Shown: positions 58,741 to 64,000 of the stretch, piece after piece
How the letters are laid out: each line of letters begins with the position of its first letter
Numbering within the stretch: the stretch's first letter is position 1
NCBI GenBank assembly: GCA_963804995.1
Contig: CAWDSK010000009.1
Span: 224,001-288,000 of the forward strand
Source of the DNA: an uncultured Acidobacteriota bacterium
Lineage (GTDB): Bacteria > Acidobacteriota > Terriglobia > UBA7540
Direction: 5' to 3'
DNA: 64,000 bases
The notes under the pieces: model-generated
Database searches by the model: none
Told to the model about the DNA's origin: nothing
Seen by the model: the letters and a program-made list of their open reading frames with translations, nothing else
Translations under genes and position numbers: made by a program

Positions 58741-60153
58741 ATGGCGCAAGCAGGTTTCTCAGTTCTGATTCTCGCGGGCGGCAAGGCCACGCGCTTCAAG
58801 TCAGAGCGTCCCAAATTGCTGCACGCGCTGGCCGGACGCCTGCTGGGCGAGCGCGTTCTCAGTACAGCCGCCGCGGCCGGACCCGAACGCGTCTACATGA
58901 TCGTGGGGCATCAAGCCGAGGAGATGCGGAAAACCTTTGCGCGCCCGGGGCTGGAGTTCATCGAGCAGAAGGAGCAACTGGGCACGGGGCACGCTGTTAT
59001 GGAGTCGCGCCCGGAGCTTGAGCGCTGCCCGAGTGATGTGGTGGTGGCGCTGGTGGGCGACGCACCCCTGCTGCGGCCTGAAACCCTGCGCGCGCTGGTG
59101 GCGACGCACCGCAAAGAACGTGCCGCCTGCACCATTCTCACCACGCGACGCGAGGATCCCGCGGGCTACGGGCGCATTGTGCGAGGCGCCGGCCGGCGGG
59201 TGCGCGCCATCGTGGAGGAGAAGGCGGCGAACGCGCGGCAGAAGAAGATCCAGGAAATCAACACCGGCATTCTCTGCTTCTCGCGCCGACCGCTGCTGGC
59301 GCATCTCGCGGAGCTGTGGCCGAACGCCGAACAGGGAGGCGAATACTTCCTTACCGACCTCGTCGAAATCTTCAACCGCCATCGTCTGAAGGTCGCGGCG
59401 TTTGAAGCCCCCGCGGATGAAGTCCGGGGCATCAATGATCGCGGAGATTTGGCAAGCGCCGAAGCGCAACTGCGCCGGAACAAGGCAGAAACGCTGATGC
59501 GTGACGGCGTCACCCTGACGGACCCCGCCGTCACTTACATCGATGAAGCCGTGGAAGTCGGCCCCGACACGGTCATTGAGCCGGGCGTAAGCCTGCGCGG
59601 AGCGACGCGCGTGGGCAGCGGCTGCCGCATCGGGACCTACTCAACCCTCACGGACTCAGTACTCGCGGACAACGTTACGGTGCGCCCCGGCTGTGTCATC
59701 ACGAATTCCCAAGTGGGCAAGGGCGTGACCCTTGGCCCCTATGCACACCTGCGGGACGGCGCGGTGATCGAATCCGAGGCGCGCATCGGAAATTTTGTGG
59801 AAGTAAAGAAATCCAGGATTGGAAGGGGCGCCAAGGCGATGCACCTGACTTACCTGGGCGATGCCGCGGTGGGTGAACGAGCCAATATTGGCGCCGGCAC
59901 AATCACCTGCAACTACGACGGCGAAAAGAAGAATCCGACTACGATCGAAGAAGAAGTCTTCATCGGCAGCGGCAACATGCTGGTGGCGCCGGTCCGGGTG
60001 GGCAAAGGTTCGTACACGGCCGCGGGCTCGACCATTACTCACGACGTGCCGCCGGAGTCGCTTGCCATTGGCCGCGCCCCGCAGGTGAACAAGGAAGGTT
60101 GGGCGCGCCAGAGGAAAGGCGCCAAGGCCCCCGGGAACGACAAGGGTAAGTAA
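58741..60153 (+). CDS. glmU: Bifunctional UDP-GlcNAc pyrophosphorylase/GlcN-1-P acetyltransferase
   Basis: LAGGKATRFKS, QLGTGHAV, GYGRI, EINTG, GNFVEVK and GTITCNYDG motifs; hexapeptide repeats. Confidence 0.97.
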   Translation: MAQAGFSVLILAGGKATRFKSERPKLLHALAGRLLGERVLSTAAAAGPERVYMIVGHQAEEMRKTFARPGLEFIEQKEQLGTGHAVMESRPELERCPSDVVVALVGDAPLLRPETLRALVATHRKERAACTILTTRREDPAGYGRIVRGAGRRVRAIVEEKAANARQKKIQEINTGILCFSRRPLLAHLAELWPNAEQGGEYFLTDLVEIFNRHRLKVAAFEAPADEVRGINDRGDLASAEAQLRRNKAETLMRDGVTLTDPAVTYIDEAVEVGPDTVIEPGVSLRGATRVGSGCRIGTYSTLTDSVLADNVTVRPGCVITNSQVGKGVTLGPYAHLRDGAVIESEARIGNFVEVKKSRIGRGAKAMHLTYLGDAAVGERANIGAGTITCNYDGEKKNPTTIEEEVFIGSGNMLVAPVRVGKGSYTAAGSTITHDVPPESLAIGRAPQVNKEGWARQRKGAKAPGNDKGK

Positions 60154-60278
60154 CGGGATGGCGCGGTCCCCCGCCTTTGGGTCCGCGGTTCTTCGTGCCC
60201 GCCGAGGTTCGCCCGCTCCTTCACTCGGATCTGCGCCTGCTTTGCATCGACGCAGTCCTTTCCTCTAATATCAGAAGC

Positions 60279-61181
60279 ATGAGTGATTCGACCATCGTCG
60301 TGGCGGGAGCTACCGGCAATCTGGGCGGCCGCATCGTAAGAGCTTTGCGCGAACGGGGCGCCAACGTCAGAGCGCTGGTTCGCCAGGGCGCGGCGCGAGA
60401 CAAGCTGGAGCGACTGCAGGCGCTCAACGTAACAATTGCCACTGTCGACTGGACCAGCGCTTCCCAAGTAACAGCGGCATGCTCGGGTGCGGCGTGCGTG
60501 GTATCGGCGCTCGCGGGGTTGCGGGACGTGATCGTGGAAGCGCAAGCGGTTCTGCTCAACGCTGCGCTTAAGGCCGAGGTGCCACGTTTCATTCCGTCCG
60601 ATTACTCGATCGATTTCACCAAGTTTCCACTCGGAGAGAATCGCAATCTCGATCTGCGCCGAGACTTTCACCAGCGCCTCGATAAGACTTCGATTCGAGC
60701 GACCACCATCTTCAACGGGGCGTTTGCCGAACTGCTGACCGGTCAGATGCCGCTCATTCTCTTCAAATGGAAGCGCGTCCTCTATTGGGGTGACGCGGAC
60801 CAGCGCCTGGACTTCACCACGATGGACAACACGGCGGCCTTCACGGCCAGCGCGGCGCTCGATCCATCCACCCCTCGCTTTCTGCGCATTGCGGGTGATC
60901 AACCGAGCGCCCGGGAACTCGCGGCGGTGGTCAGTGAAGTGACCGGAGAGGAGTTCCGCCTGTTCCGGGCCGGAGGCCTGGGAATGCTCGGCACGCTGAT
61001 CAAGGTCGCGCGCACCGTCGCGCCCGGAGAGAAGGAACTTTACCCGGCATGGCAGGGCATGCAGTACATGCGTAACATGTTCGACGGCCGGGCAAAGCTC
61101 CGGCCGCTCAACAACGATCGCTATCCCGGTATGCGTTGGACGACGGCTCGGGATGTCCTCCGAGCGCGTGAAGTTAAGTAG
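60279..61181 (+). CDS. NmrA-like NAD(P)-binding protein
   Basis: VAGATGNLG and RFIPSDY motifs. Confidence 0.88.
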   Translation: MSDSTIVVAGATGNLGGRIVRALRERGANVRALVRQGAARDKLERLQALNVTIATVDWTSASQVTAACSGAACVVSALAGLRDVIVEAQAVLLNAALKAEVPRFIPSDYSIDFTKFPLGENRNLDLRRDFHQRLDKTSIRATTIFNGAFAELLTGQMPLILFKWKRVLYWGDADQRLDFTTMDNTAAFTASAALDPSTPRFLRIAGDQPSARELAAVVSEVTGEEFRLFRAGGLGMLGTLIKVARTVAPGEKELYPAWQGMQYMRNMFDGRAKLRPLNNDRYPGMRWTTARDVLRAREVK

Positions 61182-61290
61182 CCTGCGCCCCCGGCAGGAG
61201 CCTCGGTGGGCAGGCAGCGTAGCGGGGTTCCCCCCGTTCTTGGGGTCCGCGGTTTTTTCCTGTCAATAGAAGACGAACCGTTGGCTGGCG

Positions 61291-63203
61291 GTTGCGGTAG
61301 GGATACCGGTTACCCGGTACCCCCCGCACGGATCCGTACGTGCGCTGGTTAGCGCATACGGCTCTTATCTCGGATGTGTGGCGGCGAACCGTTGGGATGG
61401 CCAAGGATGCACAACGTGCGGAGCAGGCAACCAGCAGGCCGCAAGCTTCCCCAGTCGGTCCCAGTTGAGGCGGTGGCGTTGACTGCGTTGACGCAGTTGT
61501 GTTCGCCACAGTCGGGTCAACCGTTCCCGAAAGATTCGCAGGCGGTCGAGGTTTCCCGGTACCGCGTGATAGTTGAAGTAGCCTTGCACGACCGACCGGA
61601 GCCATTTACCCGTATCCGCGATGGGATCGTGCCGACGCTGCCGGAGTTGTTGCTTGAGTTCCTGCAACTTCCCCCGCAGGCGCTTGCTGATCGTCTTCCG
61701 CTTCACGGTAAATTGCCCCCTCCGGTTCTTCCCGCTGATATGCGTGAAGCCCAGAAAGTCGAACGTCTCCGGCTTACCTTCTCCTCTCCGTTTCCGGTAA
61801 AGTTCGGCAAACGGCCCGAACTCGATCCGGCGCGTTTTGTCAGGATGCAGTTCCAATCCAAACTTCCCCACCCGCTCCCGGAAATCCTCCAGAAAGCGGT
61901 CGGCTTCCGTCTGCGATTGGAATCCAAGGACCGTATCGTCGGCATACCGCACCACGACCACGTCTCCCCGGGCGTGCTTCTTGCGCCACGCCTGCACCCA
62001 CAGGTCAAAGACGTAGTGCAGATAGATATTCGCCAGCAGGGGCGAGACCACCGCCCCTTGTGGCGTACCCATCTCCGTCTCCGACCATTCGCCTTCCTCC
62101 CTCACCCCGGCTTTCAGCCATTTCTGGATGAGCCGGAGAATCCGGGGGTCGGCGACGCGATGCTGCACGAACTTGAGCATCCATTCGTGGGATATCGAAT
62201 CGAAAAATCCACGAATGTCCGCGTCAAGAACGTAGTTCACGTGCTTCACCGTGAGCGCGTACGAGAGCGCGTCCAGCGCTTGATGCTGGCTGCATCCCGG
62301 TCGAAAGCCATACGAGAAGCCCAGAAAGTCTTCCTCGTAAATCGCATTGAGGATGGTGACCACGGCCTGTTGGACGATCTTGTCCTCCAGTGCCGCAACC
62401 CCCAACGGACGTTGCCGCCCGTCGCCTTTCGGGATATACGCCCTTCGCGAGGGCTTCGCTCGGAATGCTCCGCGGTGGACCCGGCTGTGCAGATCGACGA
62501 GTCGACCTTCCAGCCCGCTTTCATACTCCTGCCACGTCATGCCGTCTACTCCCGGTGCAGCTTTTCGCTTCAAGGCGTAAAAGCTTTCCCGCAGCAGATC
62601 GACCGTTAAGTGGTGGAGCAAGGCCGTGAACTTCATCTCCCTGTGTTCCTTCGCGGCTTTCCGCACACCCGCGAGTCCCTGGGACACGCGTGCCCCGCTC
62701 TGTGTCGGGTGCGTGTTAGGCCAACGGGTGTTCTCCTTGATCAGCGGCCTTCCCTCCTCATTCTCCGCCAACGGCTTCCCGTCTTTGTTCAAATGATTCA
62801 TCGGTACTGTTCCGCTGTCCGACTCCTCGAGAGCGTGCAGGCGGGCTGTACGGCCATCGCCTTTTCCCGCCGTCCGGCCACGATCTACGGCGGCCGGCGC
62901 CTCCGAGGTCTCCCGGTTCTCGTGCAGAAAGTGTCTAGGCGTGTCTGGGGTCTACGACTACGCAGGACTGTGCCGGAACTCGCGTTGGCGTCCCGGCCTC
63001 ATGTTGCCTTCCGTTTAGTCTGAAAACGTCGGCGTCCTGATTGGACATTTTCGAAGCTCAATACCCAGCCCACCTATTCCCCTGTTTACGCTTCACCGTG
63101 CGCCTCACGACGCCCAGCGCAAAACTCGGGGCCGAGTGGATCGCTGCTCCTTCCTCGTGAGAAATTTTCATTCTCTGCTTTCTGCCGGTTTATCCCGGCG
63201 CAC
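61291..63203 (-). mobile_element. Group II intron, copy 2 (1913 nt)
   Basis: Collinear with 1799-3711 at an offset of 59492; differences seen at 62346 and 63146. Confidence 0.97.
61365..62801 (-). CDS. ltrA: Group II intron reverse transcriptase/maturase
   Basis: Identical to 1873-3309 except one K/N residue. Confidence 0.97.
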   Translation of the reverse strand: MNHLNKDGKPLAENEEGRPLIKENTRWPNTHPTQSGARVSQGLAGVRKAAKEHREMKFTALLHHLTVDLLRESFYALKRKAAPGVDGMTWQEYESGLEGRLVDLHSRVHRGAFRAKPSRRAYIPKGDGRQRPLGVAALEDKIVQQAVVTILNAIYEEDFLGFSYGFRPGCSQHQALDALSYALTVKHVNYVLDADIRGFFDSISHEWMLKFVQHRVADPRILRLIQKWLKAGVREEGEWSETEMGTPQGAVVSPLLANIYLHYVFDLWVQAWRKKHARGDVVVVRYADDTVLGFQSQTEADRFLEDFRERVGKFGLELHPDKTRRIEFGPFAELYRKRRGEGKPETFDFLGFTHISGKNRRGQFTVKRKTISKRLRGKLQELKQQLRQRRHDPIADTGKWLRSVVQGYFNYHAVPGNLDRLRIFRERLTRLWRTQLRQRSQRHRLNWDRLGKLAACWLPAPHVVHPWPSQRFAATHPR

Positions 63204-63282
63204 CAGACCCCTGTCCTTTGGGGTCTGCGGTTCTTCGTGCCCGCCGACCTTCACTCGCCCCTTAAGTGGTTCATTGGTGACT

Positions 63283-63416
63283 CCCTCACCCCCCGGCCCC
63301 TCTCCCCCAAAGGGGCGAGGGGGGAGTCAATTTGAATTTACCGCCCTCTCCCCTTTGGGGGAGAGGGTGGACCGCCGCCGGCGCTTTCATCAGCCGGAGC
63401 GGGACGGGTGAGGGGG
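63283..63416. repeat. Family C palindromic repeat
   Basis: CCCTCACCCCCCGG...GGGACGGGTGAGGGG. Confidence 0.85.
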
Positions 63417-63508
63417 TTGTCCAACAAGTAGCGCGGACTGGGGTTGGATTTCCCCCCAGCCCCTAGCTCTCAGCCCCTAATCCCCGTTCTTGTGGTACGC
63501 TTTTAGGG

Positions 63509-64000
63509 ATGTCCAACTACCGGCAAGTAGCGTACTCGTTTGGCCCGCCCCTCACGCGGATGGTGAAGCGGCTGGTTATCGTCACGAGCGCGGCTTTCGT
63601 TCTCACCTACATCCCCCTGCAGATTTTCGGTCCGAATCATTTTGCTTATGCCTTTGAGTGGTTCGCGCTCCGGCCGGACGACGTGATTCACCGCTTCTAT
63701 CTCTGGCAACTGGTGACTTACCTGTTCCTGCATGGGGGGTGGTTCCACATCATCTTCAACATGTTCGCGCTGTGGATGTTCGGCTCAGACCTCGAAAGCG
63801 CGTGGGGCGGGAAAAAGTTTCTCACCTACTACTTTCTGACGGGAATTGGCGCGGGAATCTTCGATGTCACCTTGAACGCGATCTTCTCGCCGGGGATTCC
63901 GTCCGCCACCATCGGCTGTTCCGGCGCCGTGTACGGGCTTCTGCTCGCGTACGGCATGATGTTCCCCGAGCGGCTCATTTACCTTTACATGATCATTCCC
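63509..64000 (+). CDS. Rhomboid family intramembrane serine protease (runs off the window)
   Basis: Translated by hand: WQLVTYLFLHGGWFHIIFNMFALWMFG..LE and IGCSGAVYG. Confidence 0.9.
   Translation, partial: MSNYRQVAYSFGPPLTRMVKRLVIVTSAAFVLTYIPLQIFGPNHFAYAFEWFALRPDDVIHRFYLWQLVTYLFLHGGWFHIIFNMFALWMFGSDLESAWGGKKFLTYYFLTGIGAGIFDVTLNAIFSPGIPSATIGCSGAVYGLLLAYGMMFPERLIYLYMIIP

Noticed and set aside
1..64000. tRNA, rRNA or riboswitch genes
   Set aside because: None recognised by eye; a covariance-model scan would be needed to exclude them.

Overview
GC-rich bacterial window, probably Acidobacteriota (Terriglobia-like). This is inferred from gene style (many Tat-signal enzymes, PEGA/HEAT proteins, characteristic intergenic repeats). 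It contains a sugar/amino-sugar catabolic cluster (about 14.8-27.6 kb, plus IclR and ChbG/YdjC genes), glmU, a rhomboid protease, two toxin-antitoxin loci, a small island of orphan HEPN-like genes, two IS elements and many REP-like palindromes and MITEs. The strongest signal is a pair of near-identical 1913-nt group II introns (1799-3711 and 61291-63203, minus strand). Both are inserted at the same nucleotide (GGCTGGCG^CAGACCCC) of a dispersed REP-like hairpin family, and a loop in the intron 5' region (candidate EBS1) is complementary to that repeat. The same REP family also separates co-oriented orphan genes in a cassette-like way, and a MITE family inserts into REP-like palindromes too. One IS encodes an AbrB-like small protein apparently fused to a DDE transposase by -1 frameshifting and is bounded by a 19-bp palindromic direct repeat. 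Five frameshifts share the same extra-A context (CTSGA+A), which suggests systematic sequencing error rather than true pseudogenes. All product calls come from motif recognition by eye; no database searches were run.
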